Shown one piece after another: positions 1-8,389 of a stretch of DNA of 36,671 nt. The notes under the pieces are model-generated. The model saw nothing but the letters and a program-made list of their open reading frames with translations. It made no database searches and was not told where the DNA came from. This DNA comes from an uncultured Ardenticatenales bacterium. GTDB taxonomy: Bacteria > Chloroflexota > Anaerolineae > Ardenticatenales > JAADHH01. Within the stretch, counting starts at the first letter, position 1; each line of letters opens with the position of its first letter. The stretch covers positions 1-36,671 of the forward strand of contig CAYWAK010000004.1 in the NCBI GenBank assembly GCA_964455755.1, given 5' to 3'. A program made the translations under genes and the position numbers.

Positions 1-559
1 TCGCCGTCACCTCGACCTCCGGGCTGATAAAGGCCACGGCCCCACTGACCGGCACCTCTTCGTCGGGAAAATGGCCGGCCAGGAACCCTTCCATTTTCGC
101 TATGTCTCGTTTTACACCGCGAAACGGATTGCCCAGCCGGTCAACATCCATCTCCAGCAACGATCGCTGCCAGGGACGATGATGCCGCCAGCGACTCCCC
201 TCACAGGAGATTTCCCCGTACTGGCGCACTGCCTGAACGACAAACAGGGCATGGGGAGCCAGCACCACATGCGGCACCGGCAAGACATAGTTATAGAGAA
301 CGTAACGGTCGCTCAACTCCTTCATTCCACCCTTCAGCGCGATCTCCGGGCGGGGCTTACGAAGCCAACGCCGACCAAGAAACGTGCCGATGTTACCAAT
401 GATAAATCCTCCAAGAAGAATCGGAACAACAACAATGGGCTTGTATCCGGAAAAGAGATAGTATCCACCGGCGAGCATCATGAGGATGCCACCAAGCCCC
501 AAACTCCAAACCGTTCTGGCGCGGTTCCGCACAATGGTTTTATTGGTTACGATACGCAC
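1..559 (-). CDS. Membrane protein with NERD-like (nuclease-related) domain; 3' end cut by window edge
   Basis: Absent from the ORF track because it runs off the left edge. The reverse frame is open from GTG at 557-559 (GGAGG 11 nt upstream; ATGATG at 478-483 is an alternative start) to position 1. Translation: MRIVTNKTIVRNRARTVWSLGLGGILMMLAGGYYLFSGYKPIVVVPILLGGFIIGNIGTFLGRRWLRKPRPEIALKGGMKELSDRYVLYNYVLPVPHVVLAPHALFVVQAVRQYGEISCEGSRW... Two TM helices are followed by a YVLxNxxL...HVVLxPxxLFVV pattern reminiscent of NERD domains, possibly degenerate. Plus-strand ORF 71..637 is its antisense shadow. Confidence 0.45.
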   Translation of the reverse strand, partial: MRIVTNKTIVRNRARTVWSLGLGGILMMLAGGYYLFSGYKPIVVVPILLGGFIIGNIGTFLGRRWLRKPRPEIALKGGMKELSDRYVLYNYVLPVPHVVLAPHALFVVQAVRQYGEISCEGSRWRHHRPWQRSLLEMDVDRLGNPFRGVKRDIAKMEGFLAGHFPDEEVPVSGAVAFISPEVEVTA

Positions 560-672
560 AGATCAAAATACCTCCTACACAACTCATGGGGGGCTATCGT
601 CCGCTGTGGCAATTGCCTCACGCACCGTAGCCATTAAGACTTTATCAACGAGATTCTCGTAGCAAGAAAATG

Positions 673-744
673 AACCACAGATTTCACGGATGACACAGAT
701 TGAAAAACCAAGAATAATCTGAGAAATCTGTGCAATCTGTGGTT
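673..744. terminator. Compound long hairpin with T-runs on both strands (bidirectional terminator-like; possibly a dispersed repeat unit)
   Basis: AACCACAGATT (673-683) pairs perfectly with AATCTGTGGTT (734-744). The inner arm CACAGATT (694-701) pairs with AATCTGTG (725-732). The plus strand continues AGCTTTTTTGG and the minus strand continues CATTTTCTT. It lies ~185 nt downstream of the satP stop. Confidence 0.35.
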
Positions 745-785
745 AGCTTTTTTGGTTCCGGCTTGTCCGGGTAATGAACCACAGA

Positions 786-823
786 GAGAGGAGACGAGAA
801 TACTACGTATCCCGTCTCCTCTC
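786..823 (-). terminator. Perfect 11-bp stem hairpin downstream of satP (no U-tract)
   Basis: GAGAGGAGACG (786-796) pairs with CGTCTCCTCTC (813-823) around a 16 nt loop. It sits ~105 nt after the satP stop. No T-run follows on the minus strand, so a terminator role is uncertain. Confidence 0.25.
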
Positions 824-927
824 GGATCCGACCTAAGTCGGTGGCGAATAGCTGATTACAGGTAACCGGCGGGAAAACCCCCACCGCTATGCGCTATCTG
901 CCAATTGTGATCGGCTATCTTGTTCGC

Positions 928-1482
928 TCAGGACTTCAAGATGGGCAACACCGTGCGACCAGCCAACGGATTCACGATCTCGGCAGTCATCAGGTACCAG
1001 GCGGTGCAAGCAGTCCAGATGCCTTCCCAGCCGGGGAGATGACCGAGGGAGCCGCCGGTGGCTTCATTGATATCGAGCAGGACAAAGAGTAGCAACAGCG
1101 AAACAAATACTAGCTGTAGTGCCCAGTTCTTGGTGTAGAACGTGCCCCAAGTCAAAGCGGCCGTGAAGATGGTCCAGGCGATCAATGTCCAAAGCAAGAT
1201 ATTTCCCAAGTCCTTGACGCCAAAGTTATCCTTGAAGACTACCAGTGAGGCCAAGGCAATCCAGAATGCGCCGTAAGAGCCGAATGCGCACAGGCCAAAG
1301 GTGTTACCGGTAGCAAACTCCAACAGGCCGGCACACAACTGAGCAAAACCACCGTAGAAGAGACCCAGCGGAAGTGCTGCGCCAAGCTCGGTGATCCCTG
1401 CGTTGTGCACGTTCAACACGAACGTGGTCAGAGCAAAACCTCCCAGCCCTAGAGGGGCCGGATTCGCTAACTTGCGCTCCAT
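928..1482 (-). CDS. satP: GPR1/FUN34/YaaH-family acetate/succinate channel
   Basis: 184 aa with six predicted TM helices. The family signature [15 protein letters not shown] is at the N-terminus. AGGAGG lies 8 nt upstream of the ATG. Confidence 0.9.
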   Translation of the reverse strand: MERKLANPAPLGLGGFALTTFVLNVHNAGITELGAALPLGLFYGGFAQLCAGLLEFATGNTFGLCAFGSYGAFWIALASLVVFKDNFGVKDLGNILLWTLIAWTIFTAALTWGTFYTKNWALQLVFVSLLLLFVLLDINEATGGSLGHLPGWEGIWTACTAWYLMTAEIVNPLAGRTVLPILKS

Positions 1483-1750
1483 GAGTAAATTTCCTCCTTA
1501 AAGTATACAGAAAAATAGATAATTTGATCAACAAACTACTATACAAAATGCAAAACAGCTACGTTATGAGGCAGCGTCACCCCCCTTCTGTATACCGCCG
1601 CCATTGCCTGTCATGCGTGCCTGCAGAAACTTTGTCTCGTCACCCTGTCCGGGATAACGGATAGATCAAAAGCCGAACAGGTACCAGCAAGTCAACACCT
1701 TACGGGGCTGGCAGGTCTTATCACATTGTTCAGGTTCCGGTCGGGTACGC

Positions 1751-1807
1751 CCCCCCGAACCATTCAGGGGGGCACGCCTCTGGGTCTGGAACAGGGCAAA
1801 AGCCCTG
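1751..1807 (-). terminator. Two short GC hairpins after the acyl-CoA synthetase stop (candidate terminator, no U-tract)
   Basis: CAGGGC-AAAA-GCCCTG at 1792-1807, and CCCCCC-N10-GGGGGG at 1751-1772. Both lie 35-90 nt downstream of the stop at 1841. Confidence 0.25.
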
Positions 1808-1840
1808 TGTGCTGACAACCTAGTGTTCACGCTTCCCGCG

Positions 1841-4006
1841 CTACGCTTCCCGCCCCTCCTGTTCCTTGGCTCGCAGGACGCGGCGCAGGAGTTTACCGGT
1901 CACCGTACGCGGCAGTTCATCCGTGAATTCTACCTCACGCGGCAGTTTGTAAACAGCGATCTTGTTCTTGCAGAAGTCAACGAGCTCTTTCGGGTCAGCC
2001 GTCTGCCCTGGGGCGAGGACGATAAAGGCTTTGGTGTTCTGACCACGCACCGGGTCGGGCACGCCGATCACGCCGGCATCGGCAACGGCAGGATGTTCCT
2101 TCAGCGTCTCCTCAACCTCTTCGGGGCCTACGCGATAGCCGGAAGTCTTGATGATGTCGTCTTCACGCGACACAAACCAGAAGTAGCCGTCCTCATCGCG
2201 GTAGACGAAATCGCCCACCCGGTTCCAGCCGTTCTTGTCAATGGACGAGGCCTGCTTTTCGCCCATGTTCCAGTACAACGTCGCCGTTGGGCCACGAGCG
2301 ATGAAGCGCCCCATCGTACCCGAAGGCACATCTTCGCCTTCGTCATTGATGACCTTGGCCTCATAGCCATTGATCACCTGGCCGAACGAACCGGCCTTGG
2401 CCTTCATGTTGGCCACGTTGGAGACGAACACGTAGAACATCTCCGTTGAACCAAAGCCTTCGTAGATGTCCAGGTCGAATTTCTCTTTCCAGAGATGGTA
2501 CGTGGGGGCGGTAAGCGCTTCGCCACCGCCGGTGCAGACCCGCAACGAGCTCAAATCATATTTCTGCGCAGCATCGGGCGCCACCTGGAGAATCTTGCGG
2601 TACGCCGTTGGGGCCATCGACAGGATGGAAATGTGGTGCTTCTCGATTGTCGCCAACATATCGTCCGGTGTAAAGCGGCCGGCGATTGAAGCGGTTGCCC
2701 CAAAGCGATAGGGAATCGTGCAGAAGGTCGAATAGCCTGCGCCGAAGCCGATGGGAGCCGAGCCGCCAATGATATCATCAGAGTGCACACGCCAGCCATA
2801 CTTGCCAAACGCATCGGGCACGATCAACTGTTCTTCGTTCAAGTGAAGCGTGCCTTTGGGCAGCCCCGTGGTCCCCGAAGTATAGAGCAGGACAGCCGGC
2901 GCATGGCGATGCCGCTTCACCGGCGTGAAACTGGCGTCCCCATTCTTTAGCAAGTCGGCATACGTAGCATACCCCTTTTCCGACGCGCCATCCGTGGCCG
3001 GGCCAAAGACCACGACCTGCTTGATGCTCGAGGCATCAGGCAAAGCTGCTTCCAGTTCCCCCAGCATGGGGCCAAAACAGATCACGGCGTTCACTTGGGC
3101 ATCGTCAGCCACATGCACCAGTTCTGTGCGCGCAAAGAGCGGCGAAGTAGGAATGCTCATCGCTCCCAAACGCTGGATCGCAAAGTTAAACATGATCGCC
3201 TGCGGGTTGTTGCCGCTGCGAATGACCACGCGATCGTTCTCTCCAATGCCCAACTTGCTCAAGCCAGAGGCCAGGCGGTTCACCGTATCCAGCACCTGTC
3301 CGTAGGTAAACGTCTGGTCACCGAACAGCATGGCGGCTTTGTCGCCCAGGCCGGCCGCCACATTCTTGTCTAGCAGCTCCTCGGTGATGTTGAACATTTC
3401 CTCATACATCTGAAACTCGTAGAGGTTATAGACTCGGCGCGGCCACAGTTCAACGGGCGGCACGAAATCTTTGAATTCCTTGCTTACAATCGGGCGAGAC
3501 ATAACAACGATGTGATAAGCCGGCAAGATCGATTCGCGGATGAAGCCATGTCGTTCGGCAGCGGCGATAAGCCCCGATTCTCCCGCAAATATCTCCATGA
3601 TGATCTTGGCGATGCCAAGGTCGCGAGCCGTTTCCACCGCCTGGTTCAACATAACCAGGGACAAGCCACGGTTGCGAAAGTCTTCGCGTACATACATGCG
3701 ATACTTCGCCACATCTGGATAGGGGCCGGTCGGCTTCTGGTGCAGAGTCGCCTCGGCCACAATCTCGCCCCCCACTTCGGCTACAATCGGCAACACACGT
3801 GCATAGTCCAGATTCTCACACCAGCGGCGTACGACGCGCGGGTCGGTCACGTTGTCCCGCAAGAACATCAGGTCCTTTTCGGTAGCGCCGGCGAAGAGAC
3901 GAATCAAACCTGCCTCATCTTCGGCAACCAAGGGTCGCAGCGTGATCGGCGTACCGTCTTTTAACGATACAGTTTTGGGAAAACTACTCAAGACTTGGTC
4001 AAGCAT
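1841..4006 (-). CDS. GNAT N-acetyltransferase domain fused to AMP-forming acyl-CoA synthetase/ligase
   Basis: 721 aa. Residues ~10-170 are GNAT-like (YRMYVREDFRNRGLSLVMLNQAVETARDLG, acetyl-CoA motif A). The rest is the adenylate-forming fold (LLYTSGTTGLPKG, YGSTE-like GFGSTE, GDFVYRDEDGYFWFVSREDDIIKTSGYRV, C-terminal PRTVTGKLLRR). AGGAGG lies 12 nt upstream of the ATG. Confidence 0.85.
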   Translation of the reverse strand: MLDQVLSSFPKTVSLKDGTPITLRPLVAEDEAGLIRLFAGATEKDLMFLRDNVTDPRVVRRWCENLDYARVLPIVAEVGGEIVAEATLHQKPTGPYPDVAKYRMYVREDFRNRGLSLVMLNQAVETARDLGIAKIIMEIFAGESGLIAAAERHGFIRESILPAYHIVVMSRPIVSKEFKDFVPPVELWPRRVYNLYEFQMYEEMFNITEELLDKNVAAGLGDKAAMLFGDQTFTYGQVLDTVNRLASGLSKLGIGENDRVVIRSGNNPQAIMFNFAIQRLGAMSIPTSPLFARTELVHVADDAQVNAVICFGPMLGELEAALPDASSIKQVVVFGPATDGASEKGYATYADLLKNGDASFTPVKRHRHAPAVLLYTSGTTGLPKGTLHLNEEQLIVPDAFGKYGWRVHSDDIIGGSAPIGFGAGYSTFCTIPYRFGATASIAGRFTPDDMLATIEKHHISILSMAPTAYRKILQVAPDAAQKYDLSSLRVCTGGGEALTAPTYHLWKEKFDLDIYEGFGSTEMFYVFVSNVANMKAKAGSFGQVINGYEAKVINDEGEDVPSGTMGRFIARGPTATLYWNMGEKQASSIDKNGWNRVGDFVYRDEDGYFWFVSREDDIIKTSGYRVGPEEVEETLKEHPAVADAGVIGVPDPVRGQNTKAFIVLAPGQTADPKELVDFCKNKIAVYKLPREVEFTDELPRTVTGKLLRRVLRAKEQEGREA

Positions 4007-4240
4007 GACAAAATGTGTCCTCCTAAATAATCCATTTAATAATGTTCAGCGTGCAGGCTGCCATCCAACCGGAATACGTGACACATGCTACACGAGAAGG
4101 ATACCCCTACGCTTTGCACATTACTGCAGTACCTCACGTCTTGCCTGTCGTCAAGCTCCTACAACGAACCAATGCCTTGGCAAATTGCCGTCAGCCTTCA
4201 GTTATCCACCACAAACAAGTGCTGAACAACTGATGACTGA

Positions 4241-4313
4241 CTCCCAGAAAGCTGGGAGATTGGGGATCAGGGGCTGGGGAATCAATGACCGGCAAATAAT
4301 AACTGGCCCCTGA
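4241..4313 (-). terminator. Two consecutive hairpins downstream of the 220-aa gene (candidate terminator/processing site)
   Basis: TCAGGGGC (4267-4274) pairs with GCCCCTGA (4306-4313). CTCCCAG-AAAG-CTGGGAG is at 4241-4258. Both sit in the 350 nt spacer between CDS 4357..5019 and the synthetase start. Confidence 0.3.
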
Positions 4314-4356
4314 CGCCTTACCCCAGATACCTGACCCCCTCCCAACACCTACAATG

Positions 4357-5019
4357 CTACATTTCCTCTACTTCCGAGCCCCCGCCGGAGCCAGCACCCA
4401 GAAAGTTCTGTAATGCTTCTTCCACACCAACCAAACGATTCTCCTTGGCGTCCATGCGCGGATAGACTTCGAACGGATAGCGATCCGTCCCTTTGCGAAC
4501 GGCCAACGCCGGCACCGTGCGACCGAAGTCTTCTTCTAGTGCACCCTTGGTACCAAAGACAGCACGCACCGAGGCTTCGGGGCCACTGACTGCCTTGTGG
4601 TAAATGGGGAAGACGTCACTCACACCGGCCAAATCTTCGGCAGTGGCCGCTACACCGGCAGCCTTAAGCTTGTCCACCAGGTGCAGAGCAGCTTCGACAT
4701 CACAGGGATACTGTTCCCCGCTCTTCGCCCCGCTGCTATAGTAGAAAGTCAATTCCACGGCCTCGTCAGCCTCTTCAGCGGCTACCTCTGCCGCTGCGGC
4801 AGCGCCGGGCAACGCGTAGACCTCACCGCTGTCCTCGAAACGTTCACATTGTACATACCCATGCAACGGGAGTTCCCAGGTAAATGGGTATTCCCAACTG
4901 TTGCACTTGCCCAAATAGGCTTGCTGAATCACCGGATCCAGGGCGGGCAGGAAGGACTTGCAGCGAACGCATTGCGATCCTTCTGCATGACCCGCCTGAT
5001 CCAGAACACGTAGAGCCAT
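4357..5019 (-). CDS. Hypothetical protein: N-terminal Cys-rich (Zn-ribbon-like) module, acidic Ala-rich linker, C-terminal alpha/beta domain
   Basis: 220 aa. GGAGGT lies 6 nt upstream of the ATG. CVRC...C...C cysteines are present. It shares collinear motifs with the neighbouring 129-aa protein. No family recognised. Confidence 0.6.
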   Translation of the reverse strand: MALRVLDQAGHAEGSQCVRCKSFLPALDPVIQQAYLGKCNSWEYPFTWELPLHGYVQCERFEDSGEVYALPGAAAAAEVAAEEADEAVELTFYYSSGAKSGEQYPCDVEAALHLVDKLKAAGVAATAEDLAGVSDVFPIYHKAVSGPEASVRAVFGTKGALEEDFGRTVPALAVRKGTDRYPFEVYPRMDAKENRLVGVEEALQNFLGAGSGGGSEVEEM

Positions 5020-5052
5020 TTTCTTACCTCCGTTACAATTGTGGCCGGTGGC

Positions 5053-5442
5053 CTAGCTCGGGTCTCTTTGCTCAACGATAAACTTAGGGCGGCCAAGGGC
5101 GTCCAGGTCATCTGCGGTCAGGGGCGTGCCACTGACCAGATTGCCTCGCACGTTGCGCGTCATGGGAATAGGCTTAAGCTGCATCGTAGGCCGCGCCATA
5201 GGGGCCGGAGCCAACTTGCCTTCACCGGTAACCGGTTCCCAGTCAGTCGTCTCGGCATAACCCGGCAATGCGTCCCAGTCTCCCTCAGCCTCCGTCGGTC
5301 CGGCCACGGTATAATAGTTTTCCTTCTTGATGTACCAGACTGAATCGCATCCGGCACATTTGACCTTCCCCTCAAAGTTCCAGAAGGGGTAAGGGTCAAG
5401 ATAGTTCTTTACGCCACACTTGGCGCAAACCATCATGGACAT
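5053..5442 (-). CDS. Small Zn-ribbon protein (CxxC...CxxC)
   Basis: 129 aa, MSMMVCAKCGVKNYLDPYPFWNFEGKVKCAGCDSVW... GAGGAGG lies 7 nt upstream of the ATG. No family recognised. Confidence 0.6.
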   Translation of the reverse strand: MSMMVCAKCGVKNYLDPYPFWNFEGKVKCAGCDSVWYIKKENYYTVAGPTEAEGDWDALPGYAETTDWEPVTGEGKLAPAPMARPTMQLKPIPMTRNVRGNLVSGTPLTADDLDALGRPKFIVEQRDPS

Positions 5443-5505
5443 GAGTTATCCTCCTCGTACAGGTACCAATTTCTCAACGAACAAAGTCCGTTTGTACATT
5501 GGCTG

Positions 5506-6879
5506 CTAGATAATCGCCTCTTCTTCTAACTGAGCAAGCTCGGAAGCATTAAGGCCCGCCAGACTCGATAGGATGGCCTCGTTGTCCACGCCCACCGGCT
5601 TGAAGGCCCACTTGGTACGCGGAGGAGTCTCGGAGAGCATGAAAGCTGGCCCCTGGTGCAAGAGGTCGCCAAAGTAGGGGTCGTCAATCCAGCGCACGGC
5701 GCCTCGTTGCTGCCAGTGCGGGTTGGTAGCCACTTCTTTGGAATTCCACGCCGGCTGGGTGTTGATGCCGTTCTGCTCGGTGAGGATATCGAACACTTGC
5801 TCTTTGGTCTTGTCAGCCGCCCAGCCCTCGAGCCATGCGTAAATCTCCCGCTGGCCTTCCAGGGCAACGCGGTCATCGTGCTTGGCATACTTCTTTTTCA
5901 TCTTACCGTCGCCGATCACGTCGCACAGTTTGGCAAAGTCTTCATCCTTGTATGCGCTGACAACGGTGTAGCCCTCTTCCATCTCCTGCGGATTATCAGA
6001 ATCAGGGTAGGAGGGCTTCCCACACTTGACGATGCCGTGGGGGCAAAGCTGCGTATCCCAACCGCCCCAGCGCTCACGAACCACATGGTGCCGTCCGAAG
6101 AGCGGCATGGCATACTCGAGCTGGCGGGTCACGCCATGCACCTGGGAGTATTCAATCATGGTCCCTTTACCGGAGACCGTCTCCCGATAGTAAAGTGCGG
6201 CCATAACGGACTTGATGCCCATCATGCCACCCCAATAGTCGGCCAACCAGATGGTGTGTTTGGAAGGATAGCCACCTCGTTCGGCCGGCTCGCCGGTCAT
6301 ACCAAAGGCACCACCCTGCGACTGCCCCAAAATATCGTAGGACGCGCGGGTACGGCCAGGCCCCCAGCCACCGAAGCCACCCAGCCAGCAATAGATCAGG
6401 CGTGGGTTGATCTTCATGAGTTGCCGCGGCCCAATACCCCAGCGATCAAACGTACCCGGTCGATAGTTCTCCACAATCACGTCAGACTTGGCCGCCAGCT
6501 TCCTCACAAGCTCCTGACCTTCCGGCTTGTGGAAGTCAATACTTATGAAGTATTCGTTGGCGTTGGCCCCAAAGAAGCCTAACCCTGTGCCCTTATCCGG
6601 CATGCGCTTGGAGAGAGGGTACAAGGAGGGTTCGTTGAACGGAGTCGTATGCCGCATCGGCTCACCCCGGCGGGGCAACTCGATCTTAATCACCTCGGCT
6701 CCCAGCTCTGCCAGATAGTTCGCGGCAGCGGGACCCAAGATATACTGCGTACAAGATAGTACTCGATAGCCCTTCAATGGTTCGGGCTTAGAGAAAGCCT
6801 TTTTGAAGTCGAAGGACTCGCGAGCAAATTCCTCAAAAGACTGATGTCCAGCCATGGAACTTATCTCCTTCTTTTCCAT
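5506..6879 (-). CDS. Family III (CaiB/BaiF-type) CoA-transferase, paralog 2
   Basis: N-terminal PLKGYRVLSCTQYILGPAAANYLAELGAEVIKIELPRRGEPMR is typical of family III. The track start at 6957 is a TTG. The ATG at 6879 has GAGAGGG upstream. The ATG at 6855, with AAGGAG, is an alternative. Confidence 0.85.
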   Translation of the reverse strand: MEKKEISSMAGHQSFEEFARESFDFKKAFSKPEPLKGYRVLSCTQYILGPAAANYLAELGAEVIKIELPRRGEPMRHTTPFNEPSLYPLSKRMPDKGTGLGFFGANANEYFISIDFHKPEGQELVRKLAAKSDVIVENYRPGTFDRWGIGPRQLMKINPRLIYCWLGGFGGWGPGRTRASYDILGQSQGGAFGMTGEPAERGGYPSKHTIWLADYWGGMMGIKSVMAALYYRETVSGKGTMIEYSQVHGVTRQLEYAMPLFGRHHVVRERWGGWDTQLCPHGIVKCGKPSYPDSDNPQEMEEGYTVVSAYKDEDFAKLCDVIGDGKMKKKYAKHDDRVALEGQREIYAWLEGWAADKTKEQVFDILTEQNGINTQPAWNSKEVATNPHWQQRGAVRWIDDPYFGDLLHQGPAFMLSETPPRTKWAFKPVGVDNEAILSSLAGLNASELAQLEEEAII

Positions 6880-6985
6880 CGTCAACCCTCTCAAGTTTCG
6901 GGTTGTCGGTTTCGGGTTTTTGGTTTGGAGCTTGCCTTTCAACCTTTGACCTTGCAACTTGAATCGGGTTGATGCTCGATCACTC

Positions 6986-8389
6986 CTAGATAACCCCTGC
7001 CTCTTTCAGTTCTCCCAGCTTGAACCGGTCAAACCCCAGCAAATAGCGGTACACATCTTCGTTATCGTAACCGGCCGGGCGGCCCAACCACTTCACGCGT
7101 GGCGGACAGACCAGTTGTTGCTGCGGCGAAGTCGCATATAGAATCTTGCCATAGAGTCTGTCATCAAGCTCCATGACGTGCTGGCGATACTTGAAGTGTA
7201 TGTACTCGGCCACTTCGTCTGTATAGGTTACGCCACCAGAAGCCACCTGCTGTGCCAACATCTTAGTTTCTGCATCGGCTCGCGATTGGCCCTTTTGCCA
7301 GTCAGCCAGATCCGTGTAGGTTTTCACCTGCATAGGATGCGGCAGACGTTCGGTAACGACGCGCAGTTTCGGATCGCCGACGATGTCGTCTTCCAGATCG
7401 GGATCGTCCAGACCGACGGCACGCCAGATGCGATACCACAGCCGGTCGTGACCACCGCCAACCATGAAGAGGCCATCCTTACAGGGGTTCACGGCGTAGA
7501 TGTTAATGGCCAGGTCCCAGTTGCCGTAGCGTGGGCGCACCGAGCCATCCATGCCATACCAGCCCCAGTTGTAGTCAATGATGCGGATGATCCCTTCCGC
7601 GCCTGTCGCTTCTACCCACTGACCTTCGCCGGATACCGTATCGCGGTAGAGCAACGCCACCAAGACACCGATGGCCGCGTTGGTACCACCGACGTTGTCA
7701 CAGACCCACATCGCAGAACGGGTCGGGCGACCGCCCATTTCCTTGGGCACACCGGTGCCGTGTACAAAACCGCAGGCTGCCTGGGCTGCCGGGTCCAACT
7801 CGCCGGGGCGATCCTTTGCCGGCCCCCACTGGCCACGCTGACCAACCCAGCAATACACCAAGCGCTTGTTGATCTCGCGAAGCTGGCGATAGCCAATGCC
7901 GGCTGCATCTGTCTGACCTGGTGGCGCGTTCTCGATAACCACGTCCACGTGTGGGATCAGGGCCTTGAAGATCTCTTGCCCTTCCGCGGACTCCAGGTCC
8001 AGGGTGATGGACTTCTTGTTGCGCATCTCGTGGAGGAAGTGCAGGCCAACCGGCTCGCCCCACTCCTTGTCCTTTACCATATATTCTTTGCGACCGAAGG
8101 GAGTATACTGTCGCGCAGGATCCCCTCCGGGTGGTTCTACCTGGATCACATTGGCCCCTTCTTCAGAGAGCATTGAAGAAGCCCAGTGTCCGATCATCAT
8201 GCCTGTGGTGCAGTCCAACACACGCACGCTGTCGAGATTCTCCGGTTTTTCAAACGCATAATCCAACCGGAAGTTATCCTCGAGCCACAGAGGATACTCT
8301 TTGGCTGCGTCGCTCATCCCTGCATAAACTTCATCAGGAGTGAGGATAGGTACTGCAGGCCACTTGTAGCCCTCTCCACTTTGTGACAT
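6986..8389 (-). CDS. Family III (CaiB/BaiF-type) CoA-transferase, paralog 1
   Basis: VRVLDCTTGMMIGHWASSMLSEEGANVIQVEPPGGDPAR is clearly paralogous to the downstream gene. The track start at 8425 is a TTG. The ATG at 8389 (MSQSGEGYK) has AGGAGG ~10 nt upstream. Confidence 0.85.
   Translation of the reverse strand: MSQSGEGYKWPAVPILTPDEVYAGMSDAAKEYPLWLEDNFRLDYAFEKPENLDSVRVLDCTTGMMIGHWASSMLSEEGANVIQVEPPGGDPARQYTPFGRKEYMVKDKEWGEPVGLHFLHEMRNKKSITLDLESAEGQEIFKALIPHVDVVIENAPPGQTDAAGIGYRQLREINKRLVYCWVGQRGQWGPAKDRPGELDPAAQAACGFVHGTGVPKEMGGRPTRSAMWVCDNVGGTNAAIGVLVALLYRDTVSGEGQWVEATGAEGIIRIIDYNWGWYGMDGSVRPRYGNWDLAINIYAVNPCKDGLFMVGGGHDRLWYRIWRAVGLDDPDLEDDIVGDPKLRVVTERLPHPMQVKTYTDLADWQKGQSRADAETKMLAQQVASGGVTYTDEVAEYIHFKYRQHVMELDDRLYGKILYATSPQQQLVCPPRVKWLGRPAGYDNEDVYRYLLGFDRFKLGELKEAGVI

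Noticed and set aside
71-637. Plus-strand ORF of 188 aa at the left edge
   Set aside because: The composition is not protein-like (His/Arg/Asn runs, no motifs). It lies exactly antisense to a reverse-strand frame that encodes a TM plus NERD-like protein with an SD. I treat it as an antisense shadow.
1502-1531. TTGATC-N18-TATACT as the satP promoter
   Set aside because: The -10 box ends only 3 nt before the AGGAGG SD. The transcript would start inside or after the ribosome-binding site. The true promoter is probably further upstream in the AT-rich 1510-1560 stretch, but I cannot pin it down.
5506-8389. Assigning the two CoA-transferases to a specific pathway (for example SmtAB of the 3-hydroxypropionate bi-cycle, or BbsEF)
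   Set aside because: Only the generic family III signature is visible by eye. The proteins are longer than those enzymes as I recall them, and no other pathway genes are present.
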